Shown here: piece by piece, positions 1 to 8,845 of the stretch | Layout: every line of letters starts with the position of its first letter | Position numbering within the stretch: the first letter of the stretch is position 1 | Source of the DNA: Candidatus Pacearchaeota archaeon | GTDB taxonomy: Archaea > Nanobdellota > Nanobdellia > Pacearchaeales > GW2011-AR1 | NCBI GenBank assembly: GCA_041649295.1 | Contig: JBAZNI010000001.1 | Location: 11,456-75,455 of the forward strand | Length of the DNA: 64,000 bases | Reading direction: 5' to 3' | Made by a program: the position numbers and the translations under genes | The notes under the pieces: model-generated | Database searches by the model: none | Told to the model about the DNA's origin: nothing | What the model saw: the letters and a program-made list of their open reading frames with translations, nothing else

Positions 1-106
1 AAACATATCCGTCTGTAAGCCATCTCACTCCACGAAATTTTGCTATTCTTCTATCAGGAAAAACATAATTTTCCCCCTCTGTTAAATATAAAAGATTTTT
101 ATCCAT
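1..106 (-). CDS. 5' end of an unidentified gene running off the window (MDKNLLYLTEGENYVFPDRRIAKFRGVRWLTDGYV...)
   Basis: ATG at 106-104 on the minus strand, open to position 1, directly downstream of the uL23 stop. I cannot recognise it as uL2, which usually follows uL23. Confidence 0.3.
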   Translation of the reverse strand, partial: MDKNLLYLTEGENYVFPDRRIAKFRGVRWLTDGYV

Positions 107-107
107 T

Positions 108-368
108 TTAAATTACCCCCAGTTTTGTTGCAATATCAATTGCAGGAGTTTTTTTATCAATTTTAACATAAGCTATTTTTTTTGCCCCTTTATTAAGGAC
201 ATTTATTTTTTCAACTTTAACCTTGAAAAGTTTTTCTACATTTTCTTTTATCTTGCTTTGATTGTCTCTCGAACTAACTTCAAATAAGATTATATTATCT
301 GCTTCTATTAATCTTACTGCTTTTTCTGTTGTGATAGGTTTAATTATCATTTTCTTTTCCTCCTTCAT
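108..368 (-). CDS. rpl23: 50S ribosomal protein uL23
   Basis: 86-aa ORF with IIKPITTEKAVRLIE...FEV...KIKENVEKLFKVKV, typical of uL23. It follows uL4 in the conserved L3-L4-L23 order. An alternative start is at 350. Confidence 0.9.
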   Translation of the reverse strand: MKEEKKMIIKPITTEKAVRLIEADNIILFEVSSRDNQSKIKENVEKLFKVKVEKINVLNKGAKKIAYVKIDKKTPAIDIATKLGVI

Positions 369-1143
369 GCCTTAAATCCGCAATTGCTTTTTCTGTATAA
401 ACAACTAATCTTCCTAACGGATATAAATCAGTTATAGACAACTCTCCGACTCTCCTATTGTCAACTGCCATTGTTTTTATGTTTTCTTTATTCCCAATAA
501 TAAGCAAAACTCCTCTTGAAGTTTTATATTTCCTGTTTCTTGATTTTCCCTTGCCACACCTTATCCTTTTTATTTTTTCAGCAGCAATATAAAGGTTTCC
601 AAGTATTCTTTCAAGTGCTTTTTTTAATTCATTTGTTTTTAATTCTGTAATTCTTGATTCAACAATTATAGGGACATTTTCAATTTTAACATTTTTTAAT
701 TTTTCATATCTTGATTTTACTGCTGTTGAATCAGCTGTTCCTGCAATTGCAGATTCAAATGCAATTTTCATTTCTTTTTTATTTATTTTAGCTGTTTTAA
801 CCATTGACTCTGGTTTTGGAGGATGTGCTCTTCTTCCGCCTCTTGCTCCAGAGATTTCAGCACCAACCCAATAAAACTGGCTTCCTCTTCTCCACATAAT
901 TTTTCTTGGAACTCTGCTTTTTCCATGCCCATATCCTGATTTCCAAACATGCCTTAAATGCCTTACAACACCTGCAGCAGAACTCTTCTTTCCAGCTTCT
1001 TTATCTGGTCCGTATGGCTGCCATATTTTTTCAGATTCAAATGCTTTTTTTACAATATCTTCTCTTATTTTTCCTGAAAATATATCTGGAAGTTCAATTT
1101 CTTTTAATTTTTCTCCTTTAATAGATAATATTTGCGATTTCAT
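340..1143 (-). CDS. rpl4: 50S ribosomal protein uL4
   Basis: 267 aa; WRRGSQFYWVGAEISGARGGRRAHPPKPE and HGKSRVPR motifs of archaeal L4; operon position between L3 and L23. Confidence 0.9.
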   Translation of the reverse strand: MKSQILSIKGEKLKEIELPDIFSGKIREDIVKKAFESEKIWQPYGPDKEAGKKSSAAGVVRHLRHVWKSGYGHGKSRVPRKIMWRRGSQFYWVGAEISGARGGRRAHPPKPESMVKTAKINKKEMKIAFESAIAGTADSTAVKSRYEKLKNVKIENVPIIVESRITELKTNELKKALERILGNLYIAAEKIKRIRCGKGKSRNRKYKTSRGVLLIIGNKENIKTMAVDNRRVGELSITDLYPLGRLVVYTEKAIADLRHEGGKENDN

Positions 1144-2105
1144 CTTAATTCAATTAATTCATAATTTTTTTTAGATTGTTTCTTTGTAGCCCTAACCGGG
1201 TATGTTAGAATAAGTGCTCTTTTCTGTGGCCCCTGAACACTTCCTGCTAAAATAATATAATCTGTTTTAATATTGCCAAAATTCTTAAAACCTTCTTTTA
1301 TTTTATTGTCTTTGCTCGCCCCAATATCAATTATTTTATTATTATAAACAACTCTTGTAAACATTCCAGTCTGTCCTGCCATCGGTGTTCTAAAAATAAC
1401 TCTTGCAGGATGCCACGGTCCAAGCGAACCTGGTCTTCTTACACCTTTTTCAGATTTATGGGACTTTAGGGATATTCCGTATCTTTTTACAGGACCTTGC
1501 AACCCCTTTCCCTTTGTAACCCCCCTTATATCTGCTAGTTTCATTTTTTCAAAGACTTCACTAACATGAATTTCTTTTCCCAGTTTTTCTTTTATGAATG
1601 AGATTTTATTATCAACATTTCCCCCAAGCCCAAGTTCAATCATGTCTGGTTTTTTCTTTATTCCTGTGTTTTTAACAGCAGAATAAGCAATTATGGAAAC
1701 GTCATCATAATCTTTAATGTCATCTATTTTTTTAGAAAGGTTTTTTGGAAATTTTATAATTTTTTTTAGTTCTTTATCTAGATTGTGCGAGAGAACTTCT
1801 GTCATTACTTTTCCGTTTTTATAAAACCTTACAGAAAATATTTTTACAGGAGGGCATTCAATAATTGTTGCAGGCACAGAAATCTTTTTGCTTTTTGTCA
1901 TGGATTGCTCAGTCATATCTTTTACATAAGCACTAATCATCCCCACTTTGTATCCGATAAACCCTAAAATTCCGTTAAAATCGTTTTTTTCAGAAATAGC
2001 CTTCCAGTTAGCACTAGGTAAAATCTTCTTAGCCCGTTTTCTGGGCCAAAACTGTAAGCTTCCTCGACGAGGTCTTGATATCTTTGCCATAGTGTAATTT
2101 ATCAA
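1140..2105 (-). CDS. rpl3: 50S ribosomal protein uL3
   Basis: 321 aa; MAKISRPRRGSLQFWPRKRA N-terminus and GKGLQGPVKRYG motif of archaeal L3. The likely true start is MAKIS at 2090. Confidence 0.92.
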   Translation of the reverse strand: MINYTMAKISRPRRGSLQFWPRKRAKKILPSANWKAISEKNDFNGILGFIGYKVGMISAYVKDMTEQSMTKSKKISVPATIIECPPVKIFSVRFYKNGKVMTEVLSHNLDKELKKIIKFPKNLSKKIDDIKDYDDVSIIAYSAVKNTGIKKKPDMIELGLGGNVDNKISFIKEKLGKEIHVSEVFEKMKLADIRGVTKGKGLQGPVKRYGISLKSHKSEKGVRRPGSLGPWHPARVIFRTPMAGQTGMFTRVVYNNKIIDIGASKDNKIKEGFKNFGNIKTDYIILAGSVQGPQKRALILTYPVRATKKQSKKNYELIELR

Positions 2106-2157
2106 TGGATATTACCATTTTACTAATAAGGTATCCAAAAAAAAGTGGTTTATAAAT

Positions 2158-2877
2158 TTATGCTTCAAAGGCAATTTCCCTTATTTTTTCAATTCCATTC
2201 ACTTTTAATCTTCTTATTATCTTGCCTTTTCTTATTGTATTTTCCCTCATTTTAATCGGGTCTTTTTCATTTTTAGGTATCTCCAATGCATTGATTATGA
2301 AATTATGGCTTATTTCAACAGATTTAAAGTCATCGACATCAAAAATAATGGTTTTTACAAGAAAGAGGTCATTTGTTTTTAATTTGCAGAAATCACAAAC
2401 TGGGCTTTCTTCTGATTTAGTTGACGGTTTTGCTGATTTTGGGGATTTTTGCTTTATTTTTAATTCACTGTCATCTGCTGAAAAAGAGAATGCAATAAAT
2501 GATGTTGGCAGCAGATTAAGGATATTAATTATCTGCCTGCCAGTCATTGTTTCTTCTATTTGAAACTGCTTTACCCCCATGAACTGCTTTACATTTGCAT
2601 GTGCAAGTGTTTTTTGAAATTCTGGCATTTCTTTAAGGTTTCTTGTTGAAACAATTACCCCTTTTACATTTGCTGTTTTATCCCCCAATTTTTCAGCCAT
2701 GCTTCTTACAAGTTCATTTGCATATTCATAGGTTGTAGAAATTGAAAATCCCCCTGAAGATTTTTTTGCATTTACCGAAGCTTTTCCTTTAAATTCGCCC
2801 CTGCTGAATTTTTGAAATTGTCTATGCACAAATTCGTCATTTTTTCCTTCAAATATTTTTTTAATAAAACTATCCAT
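2158..2877 (-). CDS. hypothetical protein (239 aa)
   Basis: Long ORF with no competing frame, upstream of rpl3. I recognise no motif. Confidence 0.5.
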   Translation of the reverse strand: MDSFIKKIFEGKNDEFVHRQFQKFSRGEFKGKASVNAKKSSGGFSISTTYEYANELVRSMAEKLGDKTANVKGVIVSTRNLKEMPEFQKTLAHANVKQFMGVKQFQIEETMTGRQIINILNLLPTSFIAFSFSADDSELKIKQKSPKSAKPSTKSEESPVCDFCKLKTNDLFLVKTIIFDVDDFKSVEISHNFIINALEIPKNEKDPIKMRENTIRKGKIIRRLKVNGIEKIREIAFEA

Positions 2878-2971
2878 TACTATAATCTGAAAATAAAACT
2901 TATAAACATTTTCATTTTAGATATTTCTATTGATTCCAAAGTTTTAAATATATCAGTGCACATTTTTATTA

Positions 2972-4000
2972 ATGATAAATGAGTCAAATATAAAACAGAT
3001 TATAGGGATGGTTTTTATTGCCATCCTTTTAGTATTTTGCTATATACTTATCCGTCCGATTTTTTTTGCAATTATATGCGGGTTTATTCTTTCATATATA
3101 TTTAATCCAATAGATAAGCTTTTATTAAAATTTGTGAAAAATAAAACTATATCTGCATTTATCACCTGCTTTGCTGTTTTTATTATATTTTTAATTGCAG
3201 CAATTTATACACTTCCACTGCTTGCTAAACAGATTTTTGAATCTTACCAGATAATTCAGTCTTTTGATATGACTAATTTTGTAACAACATATCTCCCATT
3301 TATACCAGAAGAGGTTAGGCCAACATTTTTATCAGCTTACAGCACATTTTTATCTTCAGCAAGCAAAGAAGCTCTTACAAAAGTTACAGGTGCGTTAATA
3401 GACCTTCCAAATACTATATTAAAAATATTGGTTGTTTTCATTGTTTTTTTCTACGGGCTTAGAGATGGAGGCAAACTGCTTGAAATGCTCAAAGATTCTC
3501 TTCCATTTAAACGGGAGCTTACTGAAAGATTTATTAAAAAGTCAAAAGATGTTACTTATTCAGTTGTTTTTGGCAGGATTGTTGTTGGAATTGCTACTGG
3601 ATTGCTTTTTAGCTTAGGGTTGTATATTGTGGGGATTAAAAACATTATTTTATTGACTGTTCTTGCTATGCTTGCAAGCATTATTCCAATAATTGGTCCG
3701 TGGGCTATTTGGATTCCAATAGTGATTGTAATGTTAGTAAATGGAAAAATCATACCGGGTATTTTCCTCCTTGTTTATTGCACTATAGTTGTTTCCTTAT
3801 TTGAAAATATTTCTACTCCTCTTATTGTTTCAAAAAAATCAAAAATCCCAACGTCTATAACCCTTATTGGATTAATTGGAGGGCTTATAGTCTTTGGAGT
3901 TTTTGGAATCATTTTAGGTCCACTCATTGTTGCATATGTTGTAGTTTTGTTTGAAGTATACCTTGAATATAATTCTAGGAAGAATGCGCAAGGAAATTAA
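2972..4000 (+). CDS. AI-2E family transporter (PerM/UPF0118-like permease)
   Basis: 342 aa with about 8 hydrophobic segments. The layout and the GLRDGGKLLE / VFGRIVVGIATGL regions resemble AI-2E family permeases. Confidence 0.75.
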   Translation: MINESNIKQIIGMVFIAILLVFCYILIRPIFFAIICGFILSYIFNPIDKLLLKFVKNKTISAFITCFAVFIIFLIAAIYTLPLLAKQIFESYQIIQSFDMTNFVTTYLPFIPEEVRPTFLSAYSTFLSSASKEALTKVTGALIDLPNTILKILVVFIVFFYGLRDGGKLLEMLKDSLPFKRELTERFIKKSKDVTYSVVFGRIVVGIATGLLFSLGLYIVGIKNIILLTVLAMLASIIPIIGPWAIWIPIVIVMLVNGKIIPGIFLLVYCTIVVSLFENISTPLIVSKKSKIPTSITLIGLIGGLIVFGVFGIILGPLIVAYVVVLFEVYLEYNSRKNAQGN

Positions 4001-4042
4001 TAACATAACATATAAAAACGATATTTTATTAATAATGATAAA

Positions 4043-5509
4043 ATGAGGCTGAAAGCAAAATTTTCTAACTGGTTTGCTGGAAAAGCAATTGTCATTCTTA
4101 ATGAAGCTTCTGCAGCAAAAATTAATGCACATGTTGGCGACAGGGTTTTGATTAGTTCTAAATCTGGAGATGCTGTTGCAGTCATGGATATTTCAAATCA
4201 GCTTGTTGATGACAGTCATGTTATTCTTTCTCAGGAGATTATTCCAGAATTGAATATAAGCAAAGGGCAGTTTGTTGATGTTGAAGTAGCAAAAAATCCA
4301 AAAATGTCGTATATTATAAATAAAAAATTAGATGGAAAATCTCTTTCTGAAAGAGAAATATTTCTTATAGTGAATTCAATTGTGAAAAACGAGCTTTCTG
4401 AAATAGAAATTGCCTTCTTTATTTCAGCAGTTTATAAATCTGGAATGAGTTTAGATGAAATAGGATATTTTACAAAAGCTATTTTTAATACCGGAGACAA
4501 ACTTAGCATTAATGGAAAGTATATTGTTGACAAGCATTGTATAGGAGGGTTAGCAGGAAATAGAACAACCCCAATTATAGTTTCAATATGCTCTTCTGAA
4601 GGATTGATTTTCCCAAAAAATTCTTCAAGAGCGATAACTTCAGCAGCAGGGACTGCAGATGTTATGGAGACAATATGCAAAGTGGATTTTAATGAAAAAG
4701 AGATTAAACAAATTGTTAAAAAAACAGGGGCGTGCCTTGTTTGGGGGGGTTCACTGGGATTTGCCCCTGCAGATGATAAAATAATAAGTGTTGAAAGAAT
4801 GATAAACATTGACCCGGAACCAAACTTAATTGCTTCAATAATTTCAAAAAAACTTGCAGCAGGAAGCAAATACATATTAATTGATATTCCCTTCGGGGTG
4901 CACGCAAAAGTTTCAAAAAAACAAGGGCTTGCTCTTAAGAGGAAATTTGAAACTCTTGGGAGAAGATTTAATCTCAAATTAAAGTGCGTTCTCACTCCAG
5001 GAAATGAACCAATTGGAAATGGAATTGGCCCAGCTTTAGAAATCAGAGATGTGATATCTGTTTTAAATGGCGATGGCCCTCAGGACTTAAGAGACAAATC
5101 ATTATTTTTGTCAGGCGAAATTTTTGAATTAGCGGGAAAATGCAAAAAAGGTGAAGGAAAGATAATGGCAAGGCAAGCACTTGATTCTGGAAGGGCATTT
5201 AATCAATTTAGCAAGATTGTTGAAGCCCAGCACGGAAAAATTCAAAAAGTTCCACTTGGAAAATTTTCAAGAACAATAAAATCCTCTAAAAATGGAAAAA
5301 TAGCCTCGATAAATAATAAAGATATAAATTTAATTGCGCGCATTTCAGGATGCCCAAAAGATAAAAGAGCAGGAATTTATCTTCATGTTCATGTAGGGTA
5401 TAAAGTAAAAAAGTTTCAGCCATTACTGACAATTTATTCCCAATCCCTAAGCAAATTAAATCAGGCAGTGGAATTTTACAAAGAGCACGAGACAATTAAA
5501 TTTGGTTAG
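4043..5509 (+). CDS. deoA: AMP phosphorylase / thymidine phosphorylase family protein
   Basis: 488 aa. It has the archaeal-type N-terminal extra domain (VILNEASAAKINAHVGDRVLI) followed by HCIGGLAGNRTTPIIV and SSRAITSAAGTADVME motifs of the pyrimidine-nucleoside phosphorylase fold. Confidence 0.85.
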   Translation: MRLKAKFSNWFAGKAIVILNEASAAKINAHVGDRVLISSKSGDAVAVMDISNQLVDDSHVILSQEIIPELNISKGQFVDVEVAKNPKMSYIINKKLDGKSLSEREIFLIVNSIVKNELSEIEIAFFISAVYKSGMSLDEIGYFTKAIFNTGDKLSINGKYIVDKHCIGGLAGNRTTPIIVSICSSEGLIFPKNSSRAITSAAGTADVMETICKVDFNEKEIKQIVKKTGACLVWGGSLGFAPADDKIISVERMINIDPEPNLIASIISKKLAAGSKYILIDIPFGVHAKVSKKQGLALKRKFETLGRRFNLKLKCVLTPGNEPIGNGIGPALEIRDVISVLNGDGPQDLRDKSLFLSGEIFELAGKCKKGEGKIMARQALDSGRAFNQFSKIVEAQHGKIQKVPLGKFSRTIKSSKNGKIASINNKDINLIARISGCPKDKRAGIYLHVHVGYKVKKFQPLLTIYSQSLSKLNQAVEFYKEHETIKFG

Positions 5510-5605
5510 TTAGATACCAGACAATAAAAATAGGATTTAGATTAAAATAATAGCTATCTTTCTAAATACTTAAATAAGTAATAGCGTACTCAAAATTTAA
5601 TTAAT

Positions 5606-5631
5606 TATGAATACGCCGACGCCCTGTCCGG
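5606..5631 (-). repeat. duplicate 1 of the tRNA-Ser 3' end plus its 3' flank
   Basis: tatgaatacgccgacgccc is identical to 5759-5777 (the last 11 nt of the tRNA plus 8 nt of downstream flank). It continues as ctgtccgg, as in duplicate 2. Confidence 0.7.
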
Positions 5632-5694
5632 TCGCCAGCTACCTAAGTTTTCTTTGACTCTAAGAACTTTATTTTTCTAAAAGAAAGTTGTTAA

Positions 5695-5712
5695 CGCCGA
5701 CGCCCTGTCCGG
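5695..5712 (-). repeat. duplicate 2 of the tRNA-Ser 3' end
   Basis: cgccgacgccctgtccgg is identical to 5614-5631 and shares cgccgacgccc with the real tRNA 3' end at 5767-5777. Confidence 0.7.
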
Positions 5713-5766
5713 CTCGTCGTCTAGATGATATTCACAGCATAATCAACTTTCAGTTGACTATGAATA

Positions 5767-5960
5767 CGCCGACGCCCGGAATCGAACCGGGGGGCCCCGG
5801 AGGGCTCTGGTATCTTGAGTTTCACTTTCTCTCCAAGGAGGGGTGTGTGAGAGCCAGGAGAATCTATGATTCTCTGGCCCAGAGAACATGTTTGTTCTCT
5901 AGGGGGAACTACGTTCCCTTCATTCTCAAGCCAGATGCAATACCACTATGCGACGTCGGC
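5767..5960 (-). tRNA. tRNA-Ser (anticodon UGA) with a ~113-nt intron in the anticodon loop
   Basis: Folded by hand. Acceptor GCCGACG/CGTCGGC with discriminator G; D arm GCA-TAGTGGTAT-TGC; anticodon stem TCTGG/CCAGA with loop CTTGAG.A. Long variable arm GCCC-TCCG-GGGC; T arm CCCGG-TTCGATT-CCGGG. Exon 1 is about 5925-5960 and exon 2 about 5767-5811. Intron sequence CTCAAG pairs with the anticodon-loop CTTGAG, as expected around a bulge-helix-bulge site. No CCA is encoded. Confidence 0.75.
5835..5929. repeat. three-hairpin structured element, copy A (inside the tRNA-Ser intron, antisense to the tRNA)
   Basis: aaggaggggtgtgtgagagcc-aggagaat(ctatg)attctctggc-ccagagaaca(tgtt)tgttctctaggg-gggaac(tac)gttccc...ttctcaa is collinear with 35796-35884 and, reverse-complemented, with 47215-47290. 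Confidence 0.7.
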
Positions 5961-6099
5961 ATGATAATTATGTTAGAATTTGAGACTTTTTAAAGATTGA
6001 TATTCAGTTAAATTATAAATTTAGCGGACAATTATATCTCATAATTTATCCATGTTAAGACATTGAAAGATTATTAAACTATCAGTTATTATTAACTTT

Positions 6100-6708
6100 A
6101 TGAAAATCTATAAACAAGAAACTGATAAATCTTGTGGGATTGCTTGTCTAAGGAGTATTTTAAACCATTATGGAAATAATTTTTCTGAAAAAGATATTTG
6201 GGATAAACACAGTCCCTTTCAAACTAAAAGTGAAGGAATTAGAAATCCAATTTTAAATTTAGGAGTAACTGCACTTAAATTCGGTTTTGATGTGACTTAT
6301 ATTGGATACAATCCAATTATCACAAATAATAATCATTCAGACGATTTAAAAAAATCTCTTCAAGAAAAATCAAAAACCTATTTTGATTATGGGAAGTTTT
6401 ATGTTGAAGAAGCACTAAAGTTCTTAGAATTAAAAGGAAAATTAAAAATAGAAAAATTGAATATAGAAAAAATTAAGAAGATAATTGATGAAAACAAATT
6501 TGCTTTGGTTGAAATTAAACCTGCATTTATTAATAAAAATGGCTCAATAAATATGAATCATAAGGTCATCATTGTAGGTTATACTAAGAAAGGATTTAAA
6601 ATTCTTAATCCCTCAGATGCAAAAGAGCACCTTTGGGATTTTGATACTTTTTTATTGGCTTTTTATGCTGCGACTCCTGAATTGTTGATTATTAAAAACA
6701 AAAAGTAA
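6100..6708 (+). CDS. stand-alone peptidase C39-like (papain-fold cysteine peptidase) domain protein
   Basis: 202 aa. The N-terminal QETDKSCGIACLRSILNHYG matches the Q...C-G-x-A-C-L catalytic-Cys signature of C39-type domains, with a later HKVIIVGY His region. Confidence 0.55.
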   Translation: MKIYKQETDKSCGIACLRSILNHYGNNFSEKDIWDKHSPFQTKSEGIRNPILNLGVTALKFGFDVTYIGYNPIITNNNHSDDLKKSLQEKSKTYFDYGKFYVEEALKFLELKGKLKIEKLNIEKIKKIIDENKFALVEIKPAFINKNGSINMNHKVIIVGYTKKGFKILNPSDAKEHLWDFDTFLLAFYAATPELLIIKNKK

Positions 6709-6802
6709 ATTATGTTCCACTTTTGAGCTCGAATTTATAAAACCATTGCAATAGAATTAGCACTACAACTGCAGGTTTATCGTAAACAGCTTAAAATTAA
6801 AA

Positions 6803-7087
6803 TTAACCAAATAATGACGACAAACCTTCTGCAGCTGCTTCTTTCTTTTCTTCCTTTTTCTCTTCTTTAGCTCCTTCTGGTGCATGGCTTCCTGCAACAG
6901 GTGCTGCAACAGCTACTGCATTTTCTAATTCACTGTCAATGTTTACACCCTTGAGACTTGCTACTAGCAATTTGACTTTTCCTTCATCAACGTTTTCTCC
7001 AGTAGCAGAGATGACTTTTTTCAAATGCTCTTCATTAATCTCTTTGCCAAGCTTATGCAGTAAAAGAGCTGCATATATGTATTCCAT
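6803..7087 (-). CDS. rpl12: 50S ribosomal stalk protein P1 (aL12)
   Basis: 94 aa; [11 protein letters not shown] start, Ala/Glu/Lys-rich hinge and C-terminal GLSSLFG. Confidence 0.9.
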   Translation of the reverse strand: MEYIYAALLLHKLGKEINEEHLKKVISATGENVDEGKVKLLVASLKGVNIDSELENAVAVAAPVAGSHAPEGAKEEKKEEKKEAAAEGLSSLFG

Positions 7088-7091
7088 TTAT

Positions 7092-7907
7092 TTATTCCTC
7101 CGAATTTGAATTTACATTTAATAAATTTGAAATAATCCTTTCTTCTGCACCTGCCTTTGAAATCATCATCCCGATTGTATCATTGCAGATGTATCCAAGG
7201 TTAATTGCGAATGCCCTTAATTTAGCGAAGATTATTTTTAATTCACATATTGCAGCTTCTTTGTCAATTTCAAGTTCTTTGAAAATTTCTTTGTTTTTTG
7301 AATCATAAGCAATAAGAGGGACAAATCCTACTGAAAAAGGCATTATATTAAGCTTACTCATAACACTTGCAACTGATTCACTTATGATTTGTTCTTTTTT
7401 AACAATTATTTTAGGCTTTAAAATTTCAATCTTGCCTTCTTTTATCTGAACAGTCAATCCAATTCCCCCTAATTCACTTACTGCAGGCCCTGCAGGCAAA
7501 TCTGTCGGCCCAGCCTCAATTTCAATATCTTTTTCAGATTTTTGCCCTGCCTTTGCTTTTACAGGAGAACGGCTTTTTCCAAGCATTTCAGACAACTCAA
7601 ATGCATCCAATTGCGAGAATAGCAATGCCTGGTCTTCCCTAACTTCCTTTTTTAATTCAGATATCCCTTCTTTTTTTGATAAATCAATTGCTCTTAAAAT
7701 TATTCTTTTTTTAGGAACTTGGATGTTTACATTTACTTTTAAGGATTTCTTTATTTTTTGGAAATTTGCAGTTGGCAACCCCTTTATAGACGCAATCATA
7801 ATTGTGTTGTTTTCATTAATTAATTTTGCAAGGTTTTCAACCAGTTTTATTTTATATTTTGGAACTTCCCGTTTTTCAACTTGTTTTTTTACAATTGTTG
7901 TTTTCAT
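7092..7907 (-). CDS. rpl10: 50S ribosomal protein uL10 (P0)
   Basis: 271 aa, located between L1 and P1 in the conserved L1-L10-L12 order. The N-terminal region matches the uL10 pattern (VENLAKLINENNTIMIASIKGLP). Confidence 0.88.
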   Translation of the reverse strand: MKTTIVKKQVEKREVPKYKIKLVENLAKLINENNTIMIASIKGLPTANFQKIKKSLKVNVNIQVPKKRIILRAIDLSKKEGISELKKEVREDQALLFSQLDAFELSEMLGKSRSPVKAKAGQKSEKDIEIEAGPTDLPAGPAVSELGGIGLTVQIKEGKIEILKPKIIVKKEQIISESVASVMSKLNIMPFSVGFVPLIAYDSKNKEIFKELEIDKEAAICELKIIFAKLRAFAINLGYICNDTIGMMISKAGAEERIISNLLNVNSNSEE

Positions 7908-7908
7908 T

Positions 7909-8535
7909 TTAAATCTCGAATTTTATAGGATGTGACATTGTTAATTTAATCATAAGTGAACGGATATTTTCTTTCCCTTTTGGAAGTTCATTTAATAATG
8001 TCCTGTAAACAGCATTTATATTATCCATAATTTCTGAATCTTTCATAGAAACTTTTCCGATAATTACCTTAATTGAGGGCTCTTTTGTCTGTAGCCTTAT
8101 TGATTTGCTTACTTTTTCAACAATAGATTTAATTTCTTCAGGAGATTCCTGCATTAAAATTCCCATTTTTGGAGAGGGCATTTTTCCAGCAGGCCCAAGT
8201 ACACGTCCGAAAGTTGTTGCGACCGCAGGCATGTTTTGAGCAGAAGAAATAAAGAAATCGTATTTTCCAACAAGCACCTTTATATCTTTTTTATTTTTAA
8301 ATGTTGGAAATTCTTTTTTTGAAATAGTATCAATAACATTTGTTTTTGTTTCGATAAACCCGCAGATTCTCTTATCTTTTATCTTGTGTGGCAGTGCGAC
8401 AAAAGTGTTTATCTGTGTTTTTTTAATGTCAAAATCTTTCAAATTTATAATCAAGTCTACACTTTGGTTAAACTTTCTTTCTTTGTCTTTTCTTATTTCT
8501 TCTATTGCTTTTTCTAGTTTTAGTATTTCTGCCAT
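7909..8535 (-). CDS. rpl1: 50S ribosomal protein uL1
   Basis: 208 aa; FNQSVDLIINLKD, GRVLGPAGKMPSP and TMSHPIK motifs of uL1. Confidence 0.92.
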   Translation of the reverse strand: MAEILKLEKAIEEIRKDKERKFNQSVDLIINLKDFDIKKTQINTFVALPHKIKDKRICGFIETKTNVIDTISKKEFPTFKNKKDIKVLVGKYDFFISSAQNMPAVATTFGRVLGPAGKMPSPKMGILMQESPEEIKSIVEKVSKSIRLQTKEPSIKVIIGKVSMKDSEIMDNINAVYRTLLNELPKGKENIRSLMIKLTMSHPIKFEI

Positions 8536-8845
8536 TTTTCTTTAGTTTATTTTACCTGCTACCTATGCGCCAGAATGTTAGAAAATAACACCGTGCGATG
8601 TAGTTGATGGTAACTTTTCATAGGGAAGGGGGTTTTTAAACCTTATTGCTACATTATGCCCGGTTTTAAGTAACTATAAAGATATATCTTAAAAGAAAAA
8701 TTAAATTATCTAATGAAGAAGAATCACAAACTTTTTTATTTAATTGTTATAATCTGTCCTTTCTGGGCAGAGCACTAAACTGATAGGTTTTAAACCATAA
8801 GATTTAAAAGGAAGTTGAGTGTTAAGAATTTATTGGTGTCTTACA

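Noticed and set aside
5606-5712. Split-tRNA 3' halves (Nanoarchaeum/Caldivirga style)
   Set aside because: The fragments contain only the acceptor 3' strand and a distorted T-stem strand (ccgg-aca-ggg), with no T loop. They cannot supply a functional half.
5688-5993. 101-aa plus-strand ORF
   Set aside because: It lies entirely across the tRNA-Ser gene, its intron and the tRNA-end repeats. Its length is a by-product of locally GC-rich structured sequence.
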